Assembly (NCBI GenBank): GCA_964619725.1
Contig: CAZUFC010000009.1
Span: forward strand, 58,815-122,814
Source of the DNA: an uncultured bacterium
Lineage (GTDB): Bacteria; CSSED10-310; CAZUFC01
Direction of reading: 5' to 3'
DNA length: 64,000 nucleotides
The notes below the pieces were generated by a model. The model was not told the DNA's origin. It saw only the letters and a program-made list of their open reading frames with translations, and did not search any database. Positions 40,061 through 48,134 of the stretch are shown in pieces. Each line of letters opens with the position of its first letter. Positions within the stretch are counted from its first letter, which is position 1. A program made the position numbers and the translations under genes.

Positions 40061-41164
40061 TCACGGAGGCGTTGACCAGTCATAACGAATCCGTAAATCG
40101 TTCCTCCTGGAATGCCTGAGATATCCCTCGCGTTGCAGACGACCCGCAATAATGCCCGGAGCGATTCCAACATCAGCCGCAAACTTTTCTATAGATGCCT
40201 TCCCGAATGATCTCCGTCGAATAAAGACGGACCACTTATCAGACGAAACAAGCGTCTCAGCAGCAAAATCGTCAGCTTCATCTTCCATTTTTTTCCTTTC
40301 CCGGTTTCCTTCTTCGCATTCAACTATTACAGTCCGGCGGTCGTGTAAAACAACATGGCCCAGCTCGTGAAATAAACTGAACCAGAAAATGTCAGCCCAT
40401 TTGCCTCTTAACGTCATCATTACTACTATCCTGCCCCGGCCCAATGGAAATACGGCCCCGTTCACATAAGTTCCCGGAAAATGAGGACAAAGAGTGAAAG
40501 CTATTCCGCAATCAGCTAGAAGGCTCGTCAATTTCGGTAAAAAAACTTCCGGCGATTGAAACGTCATTTGCCTTATTTCTTCCAACGAATCTTTTACACG
40601 CTTCTTACTGAACTCTCTGCAAATGATCTTCCCTGCTTTCACTTCTCCCAACCTGAGCCAGGCAGCGACAGCTTCCGGCGACCTTTCCCTTCTGCTCCTG
40701 CCGCAACGGAAAGCAGCGGCATATCTTGCCACATTCTTTACATTATAAAGCGATGTAACCCCAAAAAACTTTTGCAGCGCTTTAACCTTATCTTCTCTTT
40801 TCGTATACTTTTTTACCGCTCCTAACTTTACCAGAGTCGAATAACAGAAAGGTCTGATCAAAAATGATTCTTCTTTCAGGCGTTCTCGTTCCTTCTCCTC
40901 CTGTCGGCGAGCCAGCGCTATACGATAATCCGATTCCAATCCCAACCAGATGTGCGCTGGAACATCCACAACTTTTTCCAGTTGAAGCGACGTACTCGGA
41001 GTAACAGCCTTCTTACCCTTGAAAATTGCGCTTAACTTACTCGCCGGCCTGTTCATTCGACGGGCTAATTCATCCTTCGACATACCCAGTTCATCCAGCA
41101 CTTCCTCCAGATACTCCCCAGGAGGAACAGGCAAATCAGAGCCGTAAGCCTGATCATTCGTCAT
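40061..41164 (-). CDS. higA: HigA-family HTH antitoxin fused to ImmA/IrrE metallopeptidase
   Basis: PPGEYLEEVL...LARRM HTH; FWFSLFHELGH (HExxH), EDEADDFA. Confidence 0.88.
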   Translation of the reverse strand: MTNDQAYGSDLPVPPGEYLEEVLDELGMSKDELARRMNRPASKLSAIFKGKKAVTPSTSLQLEKVVDVPAHIWLGLESDYRIALARRQEEKERERLKEESFLIRPFCYSTLVKLGAVKKYTKREDKVKALQKFFGVTSLYNVKNVARYAAAFRCGRSRRERSPEAVAAWLRLGEVKAGKIICREFSKKRVKDSLEEIRQMTFQSPEVFLPKLTSLLADCGIAFTLCPHFPGTYVNGAVFPLGRGRIVVMMTLRGKWADIFWFSLFHELGHVVLHDRRTVIVECEEGNRERKKMEDEADDFAAETLVSSDKWSVFIRRRSFGKASIEKFAADVGIAPGIIAGRLQREGYLRHSRRNDLRIRYDWSTPP

Positions 41165-41457
41165 AATGCTTGCTCTCCTCCTCAAGTCGCACAATCTCCA
41201 GTTTTGATCCCTCAAGAGTGAAAATAAGCCTGTAAAAACCGGTCAACTTTACCGCCCCATTGATCCTTTCGCGGTCCCTTGAGTTTGTGGCAGCGAAGTC
41301 CCGGTAATCGTCTTAATTCTTCCATATCTTTGGCGTTCCTGATAATATTCACCCTCTGTATGAACTTGCGTGCAACATCCTTTCCGTAAGCCTTTTCAGC
41401 TTCCCTGTGCTGCCTGTATCGCTTTTCAAGTTTTCGGGTCCTGAATCTGATCTCCAT
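41154..41457 (-). pseudogene. higB: HigB/RelE-family toxin with +1 frameshift
   Basis: Removing one G from the G4 run (C4 at 41255-41258) restores ...HKLKGPRKDQW-AVKLTGFYRLIFTLEGSKLEIVRLEEESKHYDE*, overlapping the higA start. Confidence 0.85.
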
Positions 41458-41590
41458 GACATCTGTTCCGTATGCGCTTCAATTCACCCTTCAGGTAAAG
41501 AATAATTTTTTATCCCCGTTAAGTCAAATTTATTTTACCTCATGGGTAAAAAAAGTTATAAAGACAAAACAAATCTCCTTGAAATTACAG

Positions 41591-41737
41591 GCATTGATCG
41601 AAAATGCGTATTTAAAGTTAACAATTCGACAGAATATCCCATCATTTTGTTTCTATTTCGATACCGATTGCGATACAGATTACTGAAACAAGCTGTCAAA
41701 AGTTTTGAAAGAAGTGTAACCCCGGTTTGATCAGTCC
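41591..41737 (+). repeat. ~147-bp dispersed intergenic repeat, copy A
   Basis: gcattgatcgaaaatgcgt...aacaattcgaca...gattactgaaacaa..tgtcaaaagtttt.aaagaag.gtaacc.cggtttgatcagtcc; colinear with 56642-56789. Confidence 0.85.
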
Positions 41738-41839
41738 CTATTTTCCTATGTACGTTAACGGCGAAATACGCCCCATCAACTCAATCCGTGAAACGACCAG
41801 AAAAGCGTCTCTAACCAAAAGGTCCGGAAGCTCCGCTTC

Positions 41840-41885
41840 GTCCGCAAAGTCCGCAATGTCCGCAGGGTCCGCAAGGACCGCAAAA
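41840..41885. repeat. 9-bp tandem repeat (gtccgcaNN x5)
   Basis: gtccgcaaa gtccgcaat gtccgcagg gtccgcaag gaccgcaaa. Confidence 0.8.
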
Positions 41886-42007
41886 TTCCTTCATCCCGGT
41901 CCACATCTCTCAACGCTTTCCAATCCAATAAATCCATACCCAACTCTTGCCAAAAAGACGTCGCCGGTCTATAATCTCCATGAAACATCATTCGAGGGGT
42001 TAATAAT

Positions 42008-45000
42008 ATGCACCGTCATGAAGCATCACAGGAAATACGCTGGCTTCACCTCTCCGATCTGCATTTCGGTTGCAGAGGTCAATCTGAAAGACATCAATTA
42101 AACAGTGAATTTGAAAAAAGCATAAAACAACATTTAAGCCAGGTAGGTCCGCCGCATCTGGTATTCGTGACGGGTGACATCGCCAATACGGGCGGAGTCG
42201 CCTCTGATGCAGAGTATGAAGAGGCGACGGAATTTTTTAACGAACTTCTGAACTGGTTGTCGTCGGAGGAGGGACGAAAACCGCTTCTGGTCCCGGCGCC
42301 GGGCAACCATGATGTGACGCGTCCCGATATGAAAAAAGATATGGATGCGGCGTATAAATACCTGGTCCTGAAACAGATGGACGATAAGAATAATCAGTTC
42401 GTTCAGAACCTGAAAAAAACTCTATGGGAAAGCAAAAATAAAAACGCCTCGTTTATTAAACCTCTCTTTGCCGCGTATGAATCCTGGTTCGATAAACATG
42501 TGTTTCCGCCGCTCCGAGAAGACAATCAAACAGCCGGCTTACACCGTTCATTTTTTCCGGGCGATTACAGTTTCAGATACGAACAAAACGGTTTCCGGCT
42601 GGGGGTGGTAGTCCTGAATTCATCCTGGGTCCAGTTTGACGACGACGATTACAATAAAAAACTTAACTTGCCTCCGCCTCAATTTCATGCTGCTCTGCCC
42701 GACAAAAAGAAACCCCTCCGGTTTTTCGACAGTTGCGATGATTCTCTGCTGCTGATGCATCATCCTCCGGAATGGTTATCGCCAGAGAGTTTAAAGGAAT
42801 TCAATTCCCATATTTACCTTCCCGAACGCTTCGCGGCCTGCCTTCACGGACATCTGCACAAGGGTTTCGTTTCAGTGCGAAGCGTATTCGGCAGCAAAGA
42901 GCGTTGTCCCATCCAGGCGCTTTCACTTTTCGGACTGGAGAATTACGGCACGAGCAATGTAAAAAGAATGTTCGGTTATTACTGGGGAAAAATAAGTAAA
43001 AACCGCGAATTGCGTATCTGGCCGCTGGTGCGGGTGGAACGCGGGAGCGACCGGTATGAATTCGACGTGGATACGAGATTCGAAAACCGTGAAAGCGACG
43101 GTTCTGTCCTGCTGCTGCGGCCGCCGGGAACCGGGTTAACGCACGATCCGCAGCCATTCATAAAACAACCCGCCGACCCGCTTCAATCAGAAATTGAAGA
43201 TTATATCGGATGGGCGAAGGATCACTACAGCGAGCTGGAAATGGTGGGGATCGGAGCCGGCAATTTGCGGCTCTCTTTTGAAGAAGTGTACGTTCCGCTG
43301 GAAATTTCGGTCAGAGAAGTCGATATGGGTAAAGAAGACGGCATGCCCTATCGAAGGTCCCAGGCTTTGAAAAAAACGATCGACGACCTCAGAGTAAAAG
43401 ACATTTTCAGTGAAATCGACGAGAAATATGAGCCGGCCATATTCGGCGAACCGGGCGCGGGCAAAACGACATCTTTGAAGAAACTCCAGCATCTTATTTT
43501 AACGCAAGGTCCGGAAAGCGCAGGATTGCCGAAAGGGACTGTTCCGGTGTTCCTCCGATTGCGCCGTATCGACAGGGAACTCCTGCAGGAACAAAATGAA
43601 CAGGCGCCGGCGCGGTTCATCCAGCAGGAACTGGACATGAACGCGCCGAACTGTTTTAAAAAGGATTTCGGCGAACGGTTATGGAAACGGGGAAATTTAC
43701 TTCTGCTCCTGGACGGACTGGACGAACTGGTGGATGAAGATGCCAGAAGCGCGGCATGCCGATTTATTGAAAATTGTATCCTTTCCAACAAAAGACGGGG
43801 AATCCGTTGCGTAGTGTCGTGCCGGTTAACGGGGTACGGCGGCAAAGTCCGTTTGAGCGGCCGGTTCCTGTGCCTGGACGTCAGACCCCTTAACGATGAA
43901 TTGCAGAAACTTCTGATCAAATCCTGGTTCAAAGCCGCCCGGCGCCAGAGCGTCGTCCTTAAGAGCAAATATCCTGAAGCGGACATAAGATCAGAATCGC
44001 AGGCGGAAGAGTTGATTAAAAGCCTGAAAAGCGAGCAATATTCCGTCCGCCAAATAGGCACACTTGTCGCTAATCCCCTGCTGCTAACCCTGCTCTGTTC
44101 GGTGAACCTGCAGAGAGGAAACATCCCCGTCAGAAGAACGGAATATTACCGCGAATGCATGCTGGTGTTACTCCAGAGATGGCCGCAAGAGAAAGAAAAC
44201 GCTCCGGTTCTCGACATCAATGATGCACTGGAAGTATTGCGAAACCTGGCGTTTATTCTGCATGATTCGGAAAGAAAAGAAGACGTGACGCAAGTGGAAT
44301 TCCGAAATATCGTCCAGCCTCTCTTGCAACATATGAAGCACAGAATCCAGCAACTTCCCCAACCTGAAGATTTGCTCAACTGGTTCCACAAACAGGCGGG
44401 CATACTTTCCCGTTACGCGGAAAATCAGTACGGATTCATGCACCTGGGCATTCAGGAATATCTTACAGCCGTCCATGCAGCCAAGGCGGGTGAACGACAG
44501 GTCAAAGCGCTGGCTCATAAACTAGGCGACGACTGGTGGAAAGAACCCATTCTCCTGATGCTGGGGCTGCCCGAACACAACGTTTTTAAACCTTTCATGA
44601 TCGAAGTCGTCAAATCGGATGCGCTTACCGCCCAACATGATCTGCTCCAGCAATGCCTGAATGAGACCCATGCTCTCGATGCCGATGTCTTTATAGAAGT
44701 TCTGCAGAATGAAAAGGAGTCCACGGAAAAAAAAGAAGCAATCCTGCGCCTTTTCATGAACAGGAATATCCGGGCTGTCGACTCCGCAGCCCAAAACCTG
44801 GTTCATCATTCGGAAAAACGGCTGGCGGAACTCGCAAGACGCTTCTGCCCGGTCGAAGAAATGCCGGCAGCAAGACGGCGAGGGCTGACCGAAAAAGGAC
44901 AAGACTTCACCGATAAAATATGCGGCATCCGGTTCCTCCATGTCCGGGCAGGCCGGTTCAAAATGGGGGATGACAACGGGAATGAATGGGAAAAACCGGA

Positions 45001-45628
45001 GCATCAGGTCAGGCTCTCACCCTACTGGCTGGCGGAAACGCCCGTCACCAATCAGCAATATGAAGTTTTCCTGAAAGCGACGGGATATCAGGAACCGACT
45101 TATTGGAGAGACAGGAAATACTCCGATCCCAGGCAGCCCGTCGTGGGCGTCAACTGGTTCGATGCCTGCGAATTCTGTAAATGGCTGAAAGAAAAAATAA
45201 AACTGGACGTAACTTTGCCCACGGAAGCGCAATGGGAATTCGCTGCCAGAGGAATAGATTCATATACTTATCCCTGGGGCAACAACCTACCAGATGAAAC
45301 AAGAGCCAGCTATAGTAAAAATTCAGGAAATAAACCGGCACCGGTCGGCTCCTTTCCGGCAGGTAAGGGACCCTTCGGACATCTCGATCTGGCCGGTAAT
45401 GTATGGGAATGGTGTTTGGATAGGTGGAGCGAGAACGCGTATGAAAAACGAAAGGAAGAAGTTGCTGATCCGATCACATCTGACGGCGACAAAGATTGGC
45501 GTGCGCTCCGCGGCGGCGGGTGGAGTGATGCTTCGTACCTGCGTTCCTCGTATCGCAACAGGGACCATGCTGGTGACCGGCGCAGGAGCATCGGCTTTCG
45601 TGTCGGGGCGGCGCCGGCGAGCCTTTGA
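42008..45628 (+). CDS. DGR target 1: calcineurin-like metallophosphoesterase - NACHT NTPase - FGE-sulfatase/C-type-lectin domain
   Basis: LHLSDLH, TGDIA, PGNHD, MHHP, HGHLH; GEPGAGKTT, LLLDGLDE, NPLLL, HLGIQEYL; PVTNQQY, LPTEAQWEFAARG, DLAGNVWEWC, RGGGW...IGFRV. Confidence 0.93.
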   Translation: MHRHEASQEIRWLHLSDLHFGCRGQSERHQLNSEFEKSIKQHLSQVGPPHLVFVTGDIANTGGVASDAEYEEATEFFNELLNWLSSEEGRKPLLVPAPGNHDVTRPDMKKDMDAAYKYLVLKQMDDKNNQFVQNLKKTLWESKNKNASFIKPLFAAYESWFDKHVFPPLREDNQTAGLHRSFFPGDYSFRYEQNGFRLGVVVLNSSWVQFDDDDYNKKLNLPPPQFHAALPDKKKPLRFFDSCDDSLLLMHHPPEWLSPESLKEFNSHIYLPERFAACLHGHLHKGFVSVRSVFGSKERCPIQALSLFGLENYGTSNVKRMFGYYWGKISKNRELRIWPLVRVERGSDRYEFDVDTRFENRESDGSVLLLRPPGTGLTHDPQPFIKQPADPLQSEIEDYIGWAKDHYSELEMVGIGAGNLRLSFEEVYVPLEISVREVDMGKEDGMPYRRSQALKKTIDDLRVKDIFSEIDEKYEPAIFGEPGAGKTTSLKKLQHLILTQGPESAGLPKGTVPVFLRLRRIDRELLQEQNEQAPARFIQQELDMNAPNCFKKDFGERLWKRGNLLLLLDGLDELVDEDARSAACRFIENCILSNKRRGIRCVVSCRLTGYGGKVRLSGRFLCLDVRPLNDELQKLLIKSWFKAARRQSVVLKSKYPEADIRSESQAEELIKSLKSEQYSVRQIGTLVANPLLLTLLCSVNLQRGNIPVRRTEYYRECMLVLLQRWPQEKENAPVLDINDALEVLRNLAFILHDSERKEDVTQVEFRNIVQPLLQHMKHRIQQLPQPEDLLNWFHKQAGILSRYAENQYGFMHLGIQEYLTAVHAAKAGERQVKALAHKLGDDWWKEPILLMLGLPEHNVFKPFMIEVVKSDALTAQHDLLQQCLNETHALDADVFIEVLQNEKESTEKKEAILRLFMNRNIRAVDSAAQNLVHHSEKRLAELARRFCPVEEMPAARRRGLTEKGQDFTDKICGIRFLHVRAGRFKMGDDNGNEWEKPEHQVRLSPYWLAETPVTNQQYEVFLKATGYQEPTYWRDRKYSDPRQPVVGVNWFDACEFCKWLKEKIKLDVTLPTEAQWEFAARGIDSYTYPWGNNLPDETRASYSKNSGNKPAPVGSFPAGKGPFGHLDLAGNVWEWCLDRWSENAYEKRKEEVADPITSDGDKDWRALRGGGWSDASYLRSSYRNRDHAGDRRRSIGFRVGAAPASL
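45501..45622 (+). repeat. DGR variable region VR1
   Basis: Aligns to TR with 9 substitutions at TR adenines, 2 T>G changes (each immediately 5' of an AAC) and a 3-nt indel near the 5' end. Confidence 0.95.
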
Positions 45629-45655
45629 TTCTTTTGATTCATTGTTTTCCGGGGT

Positions 45656-45674
45656 CCAGGGGCGAAGCCCCTGG
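45656..45674 (+). promoter_or_regulatory. DGR target-recognition hairpin/cruciform downstream of VR1
   Basis: ccaggggc-GAA-gcccctgg: 8-bp GC-rich stem with 3-nt loop, 27 nt after the stop codon. Confidence 0.85.
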
Positions 45675-45685
45675 TCGCTGCAAAT

Positions 45686-45759
45686 GACATTTTTCGACAC
45701 TTTTATTGTCGTTTTGTCATGCTATAAAAGACAAATTGACGAACTTTTGTTATTTTGTT
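45686..45759. promoter_or_regulatory. GACA/TGTC box array (putative operator) downstream of VR1 and upstream of the HTH gene
   Basis: GACA-N6-GACA-N7-TGTC-N4-TGTC, then GACA-N4-GACG-N6-TGTT-N4-TGTT (45730-45759). Confidence 0.55.
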
Positions 45760-45804
45760 ATCTTGATTTGATAATTTAACTCTCTTTATTCGAAAGGGAT
45801 CATA

Positions 45805-46425
45805 ATGAAATTAAAGCTTTCCGAAGCCGCCAGAACGATGGGTAAAACCCGGCGGCAAGTGCGGTATCTGATTAAAAAGGATCGTTTGAAAGCGCACAAA
45901 GAAGGCGGAAGATGGTTCGTCGACTCACGCGACTTACCGATGACCGATGCGCAACGTTCAGCCTCGGCAGACAGGTCGCGGCTGGTTAAGGAAACACTGG
46001 AACAGTCTCTTGATGAAATTAATTCAGTTCTTACGAAAACGGATAAAAAATTTTATTCCATTCGCGATCTTCGGGCTTACCAGGCGGGTGAATCTGTCTA
46101 CAGGACAATGGTTCAGCGGTTTGGAGGAGATGATGAAGGCGTAAGGATGTTCAAGGATTCTTTGATATCGCTCTGTTACGGTTGCCACAGTTTTCACCCG
46201 GAGGAAAAGGCTGCCCATTATTCTGCAGCCAGGAAAGCTGCCGCTGCGACAGTGATTCATGTTTTACTGGACGGCGAAAACGAGGACGCGGTAAGGCAAA
46301 AAACGGCATCCATGATTGAACAGAGTTATATTCCGCGTCTTACCAGTCTGATCAGAACGTCGGAGAGAAAATCAAAGTCCTTTCGATTCAAGCAGTTCGG
46401 AGGGCGTCGGTATCCGGGGAGTTAA
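45805..46425 (+). CDS. DGR accessory: excisionase/MerR-like HTH (HTH_17) fused to a four-helix-bundle-like domain
   Basis: LSEAARTMGKTRRQVRYLIKKDRLKAHKEGGRWFV; C-terminal YSIRDLRAYQ...GCHSFHPEEKAAHYSAARKAA resembles the IVP/Avd four-helix-bundle pattern. Confidence 0.7.
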   Translation: MKLKLSEAARTMGKTRRQVRYLIKKDRLKAHKEGGRWFVDSRDLPMTDAQRSASADRSRLVKETLEQSLDEINSVLTKTDKKFYSIRDLRAYQAGESVYRTMVQRFGGDDEGVRMFKDSLISLCYGCHSFHPEEKAAHYSAARKAAAATVIHVLLDGENEDAVRQKTASMIEQSYIPRLTSLIRTSERKSKSFRFKQFGGRRYPGS

Positions 46426-46427
46426 TA

Positions 46428-46766
46428 ATGGAATACCTTTCATCGCCTGTTTATCGGGATACTTTTGCTCTGTTCGGAGTTATTCTGGAGGAATTCGACG
46501 TGGAGAAAGGATATCCCTTTTTCCGGAAGGCATTGATGGAAAAGGCGGCGTATTTGCTCGAAGTGATTGTAAAAACATTCGATATTGCCGACAGAACCGA
46601 TTTTTTGATCGAAGCTGACGAAACATTAAAAATTTTAAGGTCTTATTTGTCGATGTCTTATGAACTTCAAATAATTTCCGAAGACGACTACCTGGCTTTT
46701 GCTGAACAGACGGATTCAATAGGACGACAAATAGGCGGTTGGCTTAAAAAAGAAAAATTGGTATAA
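46428..46766 (+). CDS. avd: DGR accessory variability determinant (Avd-like four-helix bundle)
   Basis: 112 aa, helical, C-terminal IGRQIGGWLK motif; directly upstream of TR. Confidence 0.88.
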   Translation: MEYLSSPVYRDTFALFGVILEEFDVEKGYPFFRKALMEKAAYLLEVIVKTFDIADRTDFLIEADETLKILRSYLSMSYELQIISEDDYLAFAEQTDSIGRQIGGWLKKEKLV

Positions 46767-46791
46767 ACAGTTTGAGGGCTCGTCCGGAAAA

Positions 46792-46926
46792 GTCCCTTTA
46801 TGTGCGCTCCGCGGCGGCGGCTTTTGGAATGATGCTTCTAACCTGCGTTCCTCGTATCGCAACAGGAACCATGCTGATAACCGTAACAGGAACATCGGCT
46901 TTCGTGTCGGGGCGGCGCCGGCGAAC
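46792..46926 (+). ncRNA. DGR template repeat (TR)
   Basis: Non-coding AAC-rich copy of both VRs (reads VPLCALRGGGFWNDASNLRSSYRNRNHADNRNRNIGFRVGAAPAN); 24 adenines; lies between avd and RT. Confidence 0.95.
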
Positions 46927-47040
46927 ACGCTGATGATTTGGCTTTAATCACCGTGCAGGATGAGTCCTGACGCTAATGCGTCAAATAAGCATCAACCGCC
47001 CGTTCCAGTAATCGAAAGGTGAACGTCCGGGCGGTTTTAT
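46927..47040 (+). other. structured spacer 3' of TR (probable DGR RNA Sp region)
   Basis: Short inverted repeats: cagga/tcctg, tgacgc-taat-gcgtca (46968-46983), aaccgcccg/cgggcggtt (46994-47036) followed by T run. Confidence 0.55.
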
Positions 47041-47096
47041 AATTTTCTGGAAAACGATTCATCGTATAATTCATGAAAAAACGAAATCGGTAAGAA

Positions 47097-48098
47097 ATGA
47101 AAAGACACGGAAGGCTGTTCGACAAAACAGCATCATTAACGAATCTATGGAATGCATGGCGTGAATTCAGAAAAGGAAAACGTGATCGTCCGTCGGTACG
47201 TCGGTTCGAGCTGGACTGCGATCGTAATATAGTTCAATTGAAAAGGCTTTTGAATCAGAATAAGTATCATCACGGTTCCTACCGCCTGTTTTTTGTACGT
47301 GAACCGAAAGTCCGGCTGATAGCGGCGGCTTCAGTAAGAGATCGCGTCGTTCATCATGCCGTTCATCAGATTCTATCGCCTTTGATGGACCCATCGCTTA
47401 TCCATACGACTTTCGCTTGCCTGCCGGAACGAGGCACGCACCGCGCCGCCATCCATTTCATGAATGCACTAAGATCCTTCGATTATGCGCTAATGCTGGA
47501 CATAAGACATTATTTCTTAAGCATTGACCGTAATATTCTTATGACGCTGATGCAACGAAAAATAAAGGATTCCCGTATTCTGGAACTGCTGCAAAATATT
47601 GCTGACAGCGGCGCTTACATCTATCAAATAAAAAAAGTTAAACAAGAATTAAATTTGCCCCGCGATTTCCCGCCTCCAGAGTGCGGCCTGCCGATCGGAA
47701 ACCTGACGAGTCAATGGTGGGGCAACCATTACCTTTCGGGACTGGATCATTTTATTAAAAGGGATTTGAAGATACCTCACATGCAGCGTTACATGGACGA
47801 CCTGGCGCTGTTTCATAATTCCAAAAAAAGACTTAAAAAGGCGTCATCAACGCTGAAAACCTGGCTGATGAACGAACGGCGGCTTTATTTGAAGGAGCCT
47901 TTTGCAGAGGTGCGTTCTTCCAGAGGCAAATTTAATTATCTGGGATTCAGAATTACCCGCGGCGGAATAACCCCTTCCCGGAAATTGATGATTAAGATGC
48001 GGAGGCGGTTGAAACACATCGCGGACAAAGGAGATGCCGAGCTTTTAAAACGTTCGATTGAGTCATACAAAGGCATTTGGAAGTTTTTACATAGTTGA
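47097..48098 (+). CDS. DGR reverse transcriptase
   Basis: MKRHGRLF start, EPKVRLI, RDRVVHHA, LDIRHYFLSI, GLPIGNLTSQ (DGR-type GxxxSQ), RYMDD, YLGF; 333 aa with no maturase/endonuclease domain. Confidence 0.96.
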   Translation: MKRHGRLFDKTASLTNLWNAWREFRKGKRDRPSVRRFELDCDRNIVQLKRLLNQNKYHHGSYRLFFVREPKVRLIAAASVRDRVVHHAVHQILSPLMDPSLIHTTFACLPERGTHRAAIHFMNALRSFDYALMLDIRHYFLSIDRNILMTLMQRKIKDSRILELLQNIADSGAYIYQIKKVKQELNLPRDFPPPECGLPIGNLTSQWWGNHYLSGLDHFIKRDLKIPHMQRYMDDLALFHNSKKRLKKASSTLKTWLMNERRLYLKEPFAEVRSSRGKFNYLGFRITRGGITPSRKLMIKMRRRLKHIADKGDAELLKRSIESYKGIWKFLHS

Positions 48099-48104
48099 CG
48101 ATGT

Positions 48105-48134
48105 GACAAAATGACAATTATTTGTCCGTTTGTC
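48105..48134. promoter_or_regulatory. GACA/TGTC box array downstream of VR2
   Basis: GACA-AAAT-GACA-ATTATT-TGTC-CGTT-TGTC; same 4/6/4 spacing as 45730-45759. Confidence 0.6.

Noticed and set aside
45294-46928. ORFs 45294-45779, 45310-45690, 45323-45700 and 46716-46928 resembling each other or 48138-48725
   Set aside because: Alternate-frame or antisense translations of the VR/TR repeats.
47097-48098. Group II intron or retron RT
   Set aside because: Short, has the GNLTSQ motif, lacks maturase and VTG motifs, and is flanked by avd, TR and VRs.
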